Below are positions 1 to 11,643 of a stretch of DNA of 64,000 nt, in pieces; the first letter of the stretch is position 1, and the number at the start of each line of letters is the position of its first letter. Under the pieces are notes generated by a model that worked only from the letters and a program-made list of their open reading frames with translations, had not been told where the DNA came from and made no database searches. The stretch is taken from NCBI RefSeq assembly GCF_024521635.1, contig NW_026250410.1, forward strand, positions 496,001 through 560,000, in the 5' to 3' direction. The position numbers and the translations under genes are program-made. Source of the DNA: Tricharina praecox. Taxonomy: Eukaryota.

Positions 1-3000
1 CGAAAGGGACTTGGCAGCGAGAAGCGATTGTGGGATGGTTTCCAGCCGCTGTTGGGCGACGGTATGTACATTGGCAAAGTGCAGTTATCGCTGTTGCTGC
101 TGCTGCTGCTGTCCTAAGGCAGTGGATACATAACGACTGGATATGTGCTCAGCGGCAAGCGGGGGGCTATTCCGAGACGTTCAACTTCAGGCCGCACTAC
201 ACCACATGTTCTTCCGGCCTCAGTGCAGATCTTCTGAACGTTTATTTTTTGGTCATAGCCTCTTCCGATCGACACCGATAGCCACAAAGGGAAGCGGGGG
301 ACCTCGACCGTTGAGGTAATCAGCTAAGTGTCGTTGGACGGACTTGTCCGCAGGAACTGTGCTCACCGAAAAAGCCAGCAAGCCCGGAAGGCTCTCCGCA
401 CGAAAGTCCTTCTTAACAGCCAATCCTCCAAATTTTGAGGTGGGGTTGGAGTAACCCCCTTCCCCCCCTCCCCCCGAAAAAACAGGCTATCAAGATTAGC
501 ACACTCTTATTACCCTTCTCACGAATGATCACTCGGTACAGGACGGCCCTCCTAATTGGTCTCAAGGGGAAGCCTGTAGCTAAGCAAAATAGCATCCAAG
601 GAGAAATTTCTAGGGGTGGCAACGGTTATCGTTTCGCATACATGATACGGAAGCAGCCCCAATGACAACGCCGATGAAACTACTATAGCTCGCCGAGCGC
701 GTGAAGGAGACTCAGCCAGTCCGACGTCACCAAAAGCAAGTTCATTCGGAGATTTCTGATGATTCAATCGGACAACAAGTCAAGGAATACTACGAGCGCC
801 TACTGCTACTTACTACATGCTAATTGGGAGCCTGATGATTAGGAATCCCCACGCTCTGAGTTGTTCAGTCGGTCGGACGGCCGGACGCTCCTATGTGTAC
901 ATACTACATACTAGAGCGCCACCGGCTCAGTGACACTCCTCTGGTGAATCGAAGCTAAAATCCTATCCTACTATGTACTATACTTCCAGCTGACCATGAC
1001 CGCACGGCGGTGAGGCTGCAAGTCTCCATCCACAATAGATCCCGCAGAATCCACACGGTTCTGGCGGGACGATGATCGCATTGAATGTGGAGCCGCCGCG
1101 CCCCAGGAATTTCTAAGCTGCAACGCAGGCAGCCCGCCCGGCCCAGGCCATTCCAAGCTGCGACACAGGCGATTTCGAGGTGCGACAGAAGCAGCCCGCT
1201 CGCCCGCCCCCCAACTTCATCACCACGCCACAGCAATGCAGCCAGCCAGGCATGTGCTATCCGAAATTTCCTGGTTTTCTTCAACCATCCTTCGTGGACC
1301 CGGCGCCGTGGAGAGTGGATTATTTTTCGAAGAAGACGAGCATGCTGATCCCTCGCGAATTCGTTTAAAGCTGCATCAAGTTATAGTTACCTCCGCGCCC
1401 AGCCCTATTCCCTACCAACTACGCCGACGACGACGACAACAGGCGAGAATAGTGAAGACGGCGGATGCAGTTTTGCGGCACAGCATCACACCGGCTTCAG
1501 CCGATACGTGCACAGGCTCACCGAGCAGCACATGCGCCCTTGCTTTTTGTGTGTGGCGGATGTATGCACTGCATTGTCTCCATGACTGTATGTAGTGGAG
1601 TCGAGTCGAGTTGGCCACTGTATGTATGTACATACAGGCTCCGTATGTACATACGAATTTCTTTTGGAGGCCTATAGCGTCGAGTGATCTGGTCCGCCGA
1701 CGTACGTATGTATCCAGCATATATGTACTCTACTTATTTACCCTTTCTCGCGCATATCATGGACATGGACCCACGGAGTGCCGGAATAGGCATCGGAGGC
1801 GACGAAACGGGTGTGCCGACGCCTCCACTACAGTTGATCGTTCTAGAACACTATTCCATGCGGATTGCCGGAAAGCCACTCTCACGTCCGTCTCCCGCAT
1901 GGGACCATGGGTACTTGGGCACTTAGGAAGCAGTACAAAGTACCTGTTTTTCTTCTTTCTTTCTTTCTTTTTTTTATTTAGGTTTTCCTTGTCAGCCAGC
2001 CGGTACATCTTTGAAAAAATTCTCCCCTTTAACTAGTGCATCGACCGCCCGCCCGCCCGCCGCGGTTGATCGACGTTGTCGCTGGGGGGGCTTGGCTTGG
2101 CTGGGGTAATAATAGCGGCGGATCTCATGGAGGGGAAACGCTATTGCCGCAGGTCCTAAACTCCGACCGGCAGGCAGCGGGACATCTTGATTCACCGCGA
2201 AAGCACTCGCTCAGACCCCACCCCATCGTTGGCGGAAAGAAAATGGGTGCATTAAATGTCTCACTTAAGGGTACATTTTGTATCCGCTTAAAATGTTCCT
2301 GTTGCAAGCTGACTGTACTCTGCTCTACTCTGCCATCTCATGCAGATATGCACCCGAACCCCGAGCGACAGCCACAAGTCACAATCGTCCGAGATGCATA
2401 AGCTGCCGGCGGGCTTGACCTGCCCCTGAAGCTTCGCCTGCTCTCCGATTTATGCACATAACAACGAACATTTCGGTTCCCTTCGGATTCGTATTCCGAC
2501 GAGCATTTCGAGCTGGCCCGGCCCGGCGTGACTACGGCGGCTGTTTCAGTTTTATCTCCCTCCCCTGGAGCAAAGCTAGCAACGGCCATACTACGTATAT
2601 ACATACCTTGTATCGGGTTTCAATCCCCGAAACACGGTGCTCTGCAGTGCTGTTCAGGAGGCCTAGTTAGCACTGCGCACCCGCATCCATCGATCGAAGG
2701 AATGGACCCTATGGCCACCAATGAAGTTCTTATGATACCTACGGGATACTTACATAACTTCTCGCTACCCTCGCTACGGTGACGGTACATACAGCACTGC
2801 AGCTCGCACAACCATCCCAGCCGGCGAACTTCTGCGATGTATGTAGGTCTCCTCCAACGCTGCTGATCTTCAGCCAACCAGAATGGCTGTTACGTCAGAC
2901 GTACAGTACATACATGCATACTAATATGCAATGAATACGGTATTGATCCCTTGGTCCGGGGAGACCAAGACGGAATATACATATCTACCGTATACATACC

Positions 3001-4423
3001 CCCCTCCACATTTCCCCACATTGCATACCCAACCCCCCACACCAAGACTCGGACGCATATGTCGCATATGTCGCATAGATATGTAGATACATGGTAGGCT
3101 GCAGCCCCAGCATGCGCAGTGCTATGTATGTAGCCACCCGGCGGTCGTGGAGCTGATCCCCAAGTCGCGCCGCCGAGCGGACTCGTATCCAGTGGATGAA
3201 GGGATATGTACATACGGCGACGACGATTGTCCCGCCGCTCCTGCCGGCGAATCTCAACGGATTCGCCCATTCGAACGGCTTGTACAAACCTTACATACCT
3301 CTGCCTCCCCCGCATTCCTGTGGGTGTGGGTGTGGGTGTGCCAGTCGAAGAGGACTCCAAGCAAATCAGCGAGTAATACATAACCTAGCTTTCCGCGCAG
3401 ATCGAAGGTCAATGGGGCCGCCTAGAGGCTGCATACCTAGGATGCGAGTCGTCCAACCTTTCGGAGAATCGGGGGGAATTTCTCCAGAGCACGCACGCAC
3501 GCGACATCCTCGCTCAATGTCAGTGCAACGAGTCGGCACCACGTGTTGTGGTCGATCGTCCCGCTTGCGCCTTGCCTTGCCGCGTGGGAAAGGGGTGGGG
3601 GAGGGATATGGGGGGCGAATTCAATGTGCGATGGGGTGGGGATGAGATACATAGTATGGGGTATGATATGTAGGATACTATGTGAGGGCGGCGTGCGGGG
3701 GGATGGATCATGATGGGGGATGGCATAACTCGTAATAGATCGAAAAGAGACTGCCGAGGATACTGGTGGGTTGATGCTCGCCAACCCATTCTCCTGGGAA
3801 TTGTGGGGATGCTGAGAGGGGGTGGGGTTATAGTATATTTAAAGGAGGGAGAGGTCATAAGATATATGGCAGCTGGTCCACGACGACGACGACAATTCAT
3901 CCCCCACTTAATCTATATGATGCATACCATACAGGGTGTCGCCATGACACTGGTCATTGCGTGTCGTGTAGACGCTCGCCGGCACGCCAGTGGACGAGGA
4001 TTCGCCAGATATTGTTTCCGCCGCCACCACACGCGGCCCAGTGTTTAAACAACCACCCTCCCGTTCTTACCTCCGACGGATGGTGACGATCTTTCTAAAT
4101 AAGTAGCTGTCGTCTGCCAGCGATATATTACGGTAGATAGGTCAAGGTCAAGGTCAAGGTACTGGCCGATGATCAGGGCAGCCCACCGACCACAGCCGAG
4201 GCACAGACAGCCGCCACCACCACTGTATGATACCTCGAATACCTATGTCGACGAGTAAACAAACCAGACTGAGCGCGGACAACCCAGGTTCTCCTTCTTA
4301 TATCAACCGTCCACGAGCCCAAGAAATTCCAAGAGATTTCCAAGCCCATCCAAGCCCATCCAGACCATCCAGACCATCCAAGAAAAGCTTATTGGTCCCA
4401 ACACACCCCTTCGCCGCACAGCC

Positions 4424-5080
4424 ATGCCCTCAATAGCGCCGCTTTCCAAGTCCCAGCAGCTCCGCCGACGGTACGGCATCCCAGACCTAAAAACGGCGGC
4501 ACCGGCATCACCAGCGGCGGCCTCCTGCGGCTCCTGCAGCTCCTGCAGCCCCACCTGTTCACCACGGCCGCCGCTCTCCCGGCGATCCTCATCACCGCTC
4601 ATATACTGGCTCCGCACGCACCCGTTATCCAAGAAGTCCGCACACACCCCGCACACCCCGCACACCCAGCCCTTACAGCTCCCCGCGCTCACAGCCCAGC
4701 TCACAGCACTAGACGCAGAGCTCGCCAGCATCTCGTGGGAGGTGTTATCCCACCGCACACAGCTCCGCGCCAGCGCCAGTCTCGCGGAAGTGGTCCATGC
4801 GCTGCGCACGCGGCACGTGGGCCTGCGGGCGCGGGTGCGCGCCGCAAGGGACGTCTATGCGCACGTCGAGGGCGCGCTGTATCTTCTTGGGAAGACGGGC
4901 GTGGGGAAGTTGAATGTGGGTGTGGGTGGGCCCGGTGGGGAGGAAAGGCTGGTTGGCCTGGTTGGGTTCCTGGGTGGGGAGCTGGAAGGCGTTGAGGCGC
5001 AGCTGGAGCAGGCGGAGGAGGAGTGCGCAAGGAGGGTGCTCAGACCGGTTGGGTTGGAGGTCAGTTTGGTTCTCGATTAG
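4424..5080 (+). CDS. Hypothetical 218-aa protein, Ser/Pro-rich N-terminus and predicted helical/coiled-coil C-terminus
   Basis: ATG-initiated intronless ORF with GC-rich third positions, amphipathic segments (LTAQLTALDAELASISWEVL; ELEGVEAQLEQAEEE), followed by a T-rich tract. No family recognised. Confidence 0.55.
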   Translation: MPSIAPLSKSQQLRRRYGIPDLKTAAPASPAAASCGSCSSCSPTCSPRPPLSRRSSSPLIYWLRTHPLSKKSAHTPHTPHTQPLQLPALTAQLTALDAELASISWEVLSHRTQLRASASLAEVVHALRTRHVGLRARVRAARDVYAHVEGALYLLGKTGVGKLNVGVGGPGGEERLVGLVGFLGGELEGVEAQLEQAEEECARRVLRPVGLEVSLVLD

Positions 5081-5350
5081 TGGGACTTTTTGGGGGTTTT
5101 TTTGGGTTGCCTGGCTCTCATGGGGGGTGTTCTTTTTTATTTGTTTGTTTTTTTTACGGCACTTAACTACCGCTTTTGTATTGACGGGGCTCATGATTCC
5201 GATGGTTTTTTTTTCTATGCTTGTGGCCACTGGATGGCCGCAAGAGTTTGGTTTGGTTTGGTTCGGTGGACGATTTGGCACTTGCGCTGGTTCGAGGGGA
5301 TACGGCATACCGGTACGATACTGCGTATGTACAATTACAGGAAAGGCTGA

Positions 5351-5777
5351 GGGCCCGTTTGGATGGCCTCAGTTTTCAGTTCCAGTATTAGAGCCAAATT
5401 CAGTTCCCTGCCGGGACACCGAATACTGTTCAGTTTCAGTTTCTGGAAACCCTTGAGGGGAACAGAGTGTTTGGCAGTTCTCAGTATACTCAGCCATAAG
5501 ACTAAATAATAGGCTTCACCAGAACTTTAATGGTAGACACATTGTAGCCCCGCGTGTCGTTGGGGAGTCCATGGTTGAAGTTAAAGTGCGGTACTGAGTG
5601 GTGGTGGAGAAATCGATCTCTAGAGGTCAGCTCCCGTTTCATCGCTGGAGCCGCACAGTTTGAGTTTTTTTTTTTCTCTCAGTTTTTGTGCCATCCAAAC
5701 AGGGTTACAGTTTTGTTTGCTCGATTTCTCGAAAAACTGACAATTTTCGCTAAAACTGAGGCCATCCAAACGGGCCC
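5351..5777 (+). mobile_element. Intact non-autonomous DNA transposon (MITE), PIF/Harbinger (Tourist)-like
   Basis: Perfect 26-bp TIRs GGGCCCGTTTGGATGGCCTCAGTTTT (5351-5376) / AAAACTGAGGCCATCCAAACGGGCCC (5752-5777); 3-bp TGA on both sides (5348-5350, 5778-5780); repeated CAGTTT motifs; related copies at 8773-9240. Confidence 0.9.
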
Positions 5778-7296
5778 TGAAAGTATAACTTGTATCTGTC
5801 CAGCGGCTGGATCATCACCTTCACCATATTCCGTGCATCAAGGTTTCGAAACGGACGTAGGTACTCCAGAGTGTGCCTACTTATATATTCCATAGTGGTT
5901 TCTGTCCAACACGATCCATAGCTCCTCGGCCAAATCCCTGACGACCATTGACCGTTGAGGCCAGGACCGGGGGGCGACCGTAACCAGCCAGGGAAGCTTA
6001 GCAGCCAATATCGACTTCAAGGCATATGTAGTCACGCCCCTCATTCCCGGTCAAACAAACCAATTATTTGTTCGCCCATCATCGGGGGCTTAATACGGAC
6101 GCAATTCTATGCAATACGAGGTGGGAGAAGCAAAATCTCGATAAAGGAAGTATACCTAGTAGAGTGATTAACCTCCTCTCTCACAACAGCATCCCGTCCG
6201 ATCCTTCTAGACGCCGAAATACCTATGCATACATGCCTTGATGATAATGTAGAGTACTATGTTATCCCTCTTCGCCCGGTGATCAACACTGAACAGCTGC
6301 GCGTGCGGGCTGGCCAATCGCTGCAGTCTGGAGCCCAGACAGCTCCGTATGCAACCTATAGTTATGCGGCCCGCGGGGGCGAACGGACTGTTTGGCTGCA
6401 CCTCCCAGCTTATGTATGCATACATATTGGCCGCCAGAATCCAACACCAACACTTTCTTTTGGGAGGCCTGGATGTGGCTTACTCCACAGTATCATACGG
6501 TACAGTGGAGCAATAACTCGAGGAGTGGAAAAGCAAAGTTATCGGTACTCTACCTAGCATCCTGGGGTAGGCTGGGCGAGCTGCATCGTCTAGGTGGTAA
6601 TGTAGTTAGTCGGGTTGGAATGGTAGGTACTTGTTATGTATTGTACGTAAGGAAAGCGGGATGGCCCCCGCTATCTGTAGAAAACAGTACAGATAGGATT
6701 GTAGGTAACTAGGTACATAGAGTACATAGAGTGGTCACATTCACCTGTAAACACAGCACGTCCTCGGTGACGGACGAACAAGCTTTCCCAGCACTCGCCA
6801 AAGTTCTTGGCTGCCGTGAAATGATCTTCCGGGCCGGGAACGGCTGAGGCAGAGTTTCATGTTACCACCCATGTAAGTACCTAGCGTACATAGCCAACCA
6901 AAGTCGATGATCTACCCGCAGACTATCAATTCTGCATTCCGAATGTGTCCAGCCCAGGTCGAGATCTTCAGTACATACGAGGCGCAAGGTGGCCAGACAT
7001 CGCCCCATACTTGCATTGCATCTTTTTTATCTTTCCATTGAGCACGCGCCCTGGCCGCCCTCCCCAGTTTCCCCACCTCTCCAGTGTCCCCACTTCCCCA
7101 CCTCCCCCACTCTTCCCCTCCTTCGACCTACAAAAGATTCACGTGTCCGGTGTGGGTAAATTTCGCCTTCCAGGTCTAGCCTTCAGTTAGGAACCTCTCT
7201 GCTGTGAGAGTCTTTCACTCTTCCATTCATGGCGTGGTCGAGACGTCTGCATGTGTCCGTCAGCACCGAGATCCAGTTGCCTAGGCGGTGCTCATT

Positions 7297-8197
7297 TCAC
7301 CACCGGATACATTTGCAACTGGTGCAGGGCCCCTTCCCACACTTGTAGCACCAGTTATAACCGCACCTACGTGGTTATCGAGTTAGTTCGCGCGCGTGGG
7401 GGAGTTCTCGTGAGTCGGTTGGCGGGGAGGGGAGAGAGAGAAGGAAAGTGTTCGCCCTACCGACAGAACATAGTCGCACAGCCTCCAGCTCGTATCACCA
7501 GAACTTTGCAATACGGGCACCGCCGCCAGTGGTTCCGCTTGGCCAGCTCTTCCAATGATTGCTCGGTTTGCTGGGTGTTGTGTCGGACACAGAGCAGGCG
7601 ACTGTGCGCCTTGCCGGTGCAGACGGCGCATGTTTTTGTGCCGCAGTCGCTGCAGCGCAATGCGATCGGAAATCTAGCCGACAGTCGCCCGCGCCGCTCG
7701 CCGACGAAGAGGCCGCACCCCTTCAAGTCTGCGCAGTACACGCGCTTCTCCGGCGGCACCGACATCTCCGCCCGCCGCTGCTGCCACTTGTTGCGCTCCA
7801 GCTCAGAGAAGTGGAGCGGCTCGGAGTCGACGGCGTGCGACGGGCTGCAGCACCGCGGCGGGTATTGGGATTCGTCGGATTGCGCGTTCGTGAACATGCG
7901 GTGGTGGCATGAATTGCACCATAGGTGCTCGGGATTGTGGCAGAGCGCGCTTCGGGTCTGCTCGTTGGCGGGTAGTTCTTGCAGGCAACATGTGCAAGTA
8001 AAGGATGCTGCGGCGTCCGTCTCGCCGGCCTCCGAGTACTCGGCTGTGCATACTTCTGTCAGTGACGATGATGAGGATGTTGCTGTGGTGTCCGTCTCGC
8101 CGGCCTCCGAGCGCTCGGCTGTCCATGTGTCTGTCGGTGACTCGGAGGATTCTGATAGCGAAGGCGAACATGTAGGCGATGTAGAGGGCTCCGTCAT
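7297..8197 (-). CDS. RBR (RING1-IBR-RING2) E3 ubiquitin ligase-like protein, 2 exons (8197-7461, 7366-7297)
   Basis: RING1-like CTCC...CHNPEHLWCNSC...YPPRCC; IBR VYCADLKGC...CSDCGTKTCAVCTGKAH; RING2 WRRCPYCKVLVIRAGGCATMFCR continues after intron 7367-7460 (GTAGGG..CTAAC..TAG) as CGYNWCYKCGKGPCTSCKCIRW*. Confidence 0.85.
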
Positions 8198-8772
8198 ATT
8201 GGCCTGCAATTGAACTACCGTCTTCCTCTGCCGAGTGCTTCCAATTGTGGGTTGTGGGTTTCTCCGGTGATGGTGATGGTGATGGTGATGATATGGGTGT
8301 CGAGTGTCGGGGGACAAACGGCTTATAGCTTCACCTCCTCGCCCTGTCCGGAGAGTTTAAAGCTACCTATACCCCTCTATAAGTCTATGTAGTCTAGACT
8401 CTACTGGAAGGATCGTTCCTACATATAGATGGTAGAGTAGGCACCAATGGTGACACAGCCTCGTGAGTCGTCGTCGTCGTCGATCTGCCCATCTCATACG
8501 CTGGCTCCGCACAGCTGATCTCGTCGACGAATAGAGTAGCCTCCCGAGCCGTCGGGAGATCTTCGATGATTGGAGAAATGCTTCCGCGTAGGTAGACCGA
8601 CTCGTAATCGTAGCCATTGGGAATATTCAGGCTCGTCTCGAACAGAAAGCCAACGCCTAGCATGCCTGGCTCCCTTCTTGCTCCCTCCCTACCGCCCCGA
8701 ACCGTTTCCGGAGCCGGCTCGATACCTACCGTAGGTTTGGTGCATCCAGATTCCAGTCACGAGGTTAAGCGT

Positions 8773-9101
8773 CTGAGAAAATAAACCCCGAAACTGTGCG
8801 GCTCCGGCGACGAAACTGGAACTGACCTCTGGAGGACAGTTTCTTCACCACCTCTCAGTACCGCATTTTAACTTCAACCATGGACTCCCCAACGACAAGC
8901 GGGGCCACAATGCGTCTACTATTAAAGTTCTGGTGAAGACTATTTTTCAGACTTATGACTGAGTATACTGAGAACTGCCAAACCCTTTGTTCACCTCAAG
9001 GTTTTCCGGAAACTGAAACTGAACAGTAATCGGTGTCCCGGCGGGGAATTGAATTAGGCTCTAAAACTGGAACTGAAAACTGAGGCCATCCAGACGGGCC
9101 C
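8773..9101 (-). mobile_element. Truncated second copy of the 5351-5777 MITE, inverted
   Basis: Reverse complement aligns to about 5351-5680 (by eye ~15 mismatches in the first ~160 bp); TIR ends at 9101 followed by TGA; other terminus absent. Confidence 0.88.
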
Positions 9102-9240
9102 TGACTATTGGGAACTGCGAAATACTTTGTTCACGTCAAGGTTTTCCAGAAACTGAAACTGAACAGTATTCAATGTCCCAGTGGGAACTGAATTTGGCTT
9201 TAAAACTGGAACTGAAAAGTGAACGCATCCAAACGGGCCC
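9102..9240 (-). mobile_element. Third, more diverged terminal fragment of the same MITE family
   Basis: GAAACTGAAACTGAACAGTA...AAAACTGGAACTGAAAAGTGAACGCATCCAAACGGGCCC ending at 9240, followed by TTA; repeats the terminal ~140 bp of the adjacent copy. Confidence 0.82.
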
Positions 9241-9800
9241 TTACTTGGTAGGAGAAGAACCCTTTCCGGCCCAGCACGAGATACTGGTACGATTGAACCA
9301 AACGGGAAAAAAAAATCAGGCGTGAGTGATAGTACGTGACCAGTGACTGCCTTGTAGATCCGGCGTCGCACTTCTCCAGCAGGGAATATATACCTACATC
9401 CTATCACTACCACCCACCCACCCGTATATTGCACCCGGCCAGCTGGACAGCCGTCGTATCGTTCCATGGTATCTTGCCGCTATACCTAGTAGAACGAGAC
9501 ATCCAGAGTCCATCCCGCTCTAACCTGTGTCCCTCCCCCCCCTCCCCTCTGGGACCCCACCCCCTCCCCATCGCTCGGCAGGCGCTGTTTAATTTCACTC
9601 ACGTTTCCAAGGCCAAGGAAGACGACAACGTAGGTATGTATATGGAAAAAGATGATATTGATATCGCCGGCAGACCTGGTATATAAATCGCGCACGAACG
9701 AACGGAAGAAACGCAGCCTCTATCGCACAACGCAAGCAAAGCCACACAACCCAAGAAAGAGAGAACAAAAAAACCACGTAACCTTCTATACCAAAAACCA

Positions 9801-9912
9801 CCCCCCCCCCCCCCCCCCCCCCCCCTCCCCCCACTACCCACTAGCCCTCAACCCATTGTACACTTCCCCTCCCCCCACTACCCACTAGCCCTCAACCCAT
9901 TGTACACTTCCC
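9801..9912. repeat. C25 homopolymer plus 44-bp tandem duplication spanning the AFG1 stop codon
   Basis: Poly-C 9801-9825; unit CTCCCCCCACTACCCACTAGCCCTCAACCCATTGTACACTTCCC at 9825-9868 and 9869-9912. Confidence 0.9.
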
Positions 9913-11643
9913 ATCTCCGCCAACCTGCTCAAAGCACGCGCAAAGGCGAATCTCTCCTCGTCGCCGGAAAAGATCGAGCTGTTCTTAAGCATCTTCATAT
10001 CCATGCCCAGGTCGTCCATTAGGCTGCGGTAGCTGGAATCTAGATCGCCGCCGTCTTTGTCATCGATGCTCGCTTTGATGTCGTCGTTGCTAACGAATAG
10101 TTGTTGCATCGGTACGTCCATTGTGAGGACCAGTTTTGCCTGCAGCATTGTGTTAACCGGTGAAGGGGTAAAGAAGGGGTGATGAGGGGGTGTATTACTT
10201 TACTCTCGTACACGGCATCGATGAACGTGATGAAGCGCCTAGCCAGATCTCTAGTCTTGTGGTCCATCCCCGGCACACCGACCACGACGAAACCGCGGTA
10301 GTGTCTGCACAGCTCCAGATAGTCCGCGGCACTAGTCGCCGACCCACACAGCTCGTTGAAGTGGAACATAGCCGCGGCACCCGACGCCTTGGGAACATTG
10401 ACATCACGGCCCCAGATTTGATGTTTCCTCGGCGAAGGCGGATCCCGGGGGTCCGCGAGGTATGCGAACCATTTTTCAGCGTGTTGGAGAGCGCCTGCGT
10501 CGTTGGCGGGGTGGTGGTAGACGCCCGATGGAGGGCGCGGGATCTTTCGGTAGTCCGTCGGCGAGTCTAGGTTGATCACTACCAGGTCCGTCTTGAGCAT
10601 TTCGATACAGGGAATGAACGAGTGCCGCTGAATGCCGTTCTTGTAGAGTTCGTCCGGATGCCTGTTCGAGGTCGCAACCATCACTACGCCGTGACTCATC
10701 AGAGATTCCAGAAGTCGCCGTAAGATCATGGCGTCAGCGACGTCGGTGCATTGGAACTCGTCGAAGCAGAGGACCGCGGCGTTCTGTGCGATATCTGCGC
10801 CCACGAACGGGATCGCGTCGAAGTCGGGACCATGGGCGAGCTTGAGACGGTGCAGGCGCTTGTGGACGTCTTGCATGAAGTGGTGGAAGTGGATGCGCGT
10901 CTTCGACGTGATGTGGGCCGGCAAGGTGTTGTAGAACATGTCCATCAACATTGTCTTTCCCGAGCCGACATCGCCGTAGAGGTACAGACCCTTCGGAAGG
11001 ACCGCCGGAATTTCAGTCTTCGGTGCTTGCGGGGGTTCGCGGCCGAAAAGCGAGTCGAGAAAAGATTTCGGGGGAGGCGGCGCAAGGGACTCGATAGTAG
11101 GGTGGATCACGGTGGGCGGATTGTAGTGAGCCAGCTCGTCGTGGAGGCCCTGAAGACTCCTAACGATTCCTATCCAGCGATCGGAATCAGCAACGATCCG
11201 AATAGGTAGGCAGGGTGTAGGAGGTGAGTGACAGTGAACTGACCTCGTTGGTATTCATCGTCCCGCAACTTCCCTTCACGCACCCAAGCATCGTACTGCA
11301 CCAACGGCCCGATGGCAGGATCTACCACCTTTCCGTCAGCGTCCGTTCGTGCAGTTTCGCAGCTCTCCCTCTTTCCCCGTAACCCACCTCCGACACCCAC
11401 ATCCACGCCTTCCGCCGTGGTGGTTGTCGTTATCGTCTCGGTTGCTGTTGCCGCGGCCGAAGCCATACCCCGCATCCGCGGAACCCTCAATCGTGGTCGT
11501 ACGAGAACCTTTCCAGCGCACTGAAAGCATAGTGGGCCGTGCTCTGTGGCTGTAAATAAAGTCCTGCTAGCCGCAGAGGGTATTTGCGGTTGCGGAGAGG
11601 GCCGGTGCTGCAGGGCCCGGAGGAGCGTGCTTCGGCGGATCAT
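9885..11643 (-). CDS. AFG1: AFG1/LACE1/ZapE-family mitochondrial ATPase
   Basis: PKGLYLYGDVGSGKT (Walker A), RIHFHHFM, VLCFDEFQCTDVADAMIL, TSNRHPDELYKNG, ARRFITFIDAVYE, FAFARALSRLAEM; Arg-rich presequence-like start MIRRSTLLRAL; introns 11322-11387, 11170-11243, 10140-10198. Confidence 0.93.

Noticed and set aside
7251..8213. 320-aa plus-strand ORF opposite the RBR gene
   Set aside because: Antisense shadow; the Cys/His domain pattern is on the minus strand.
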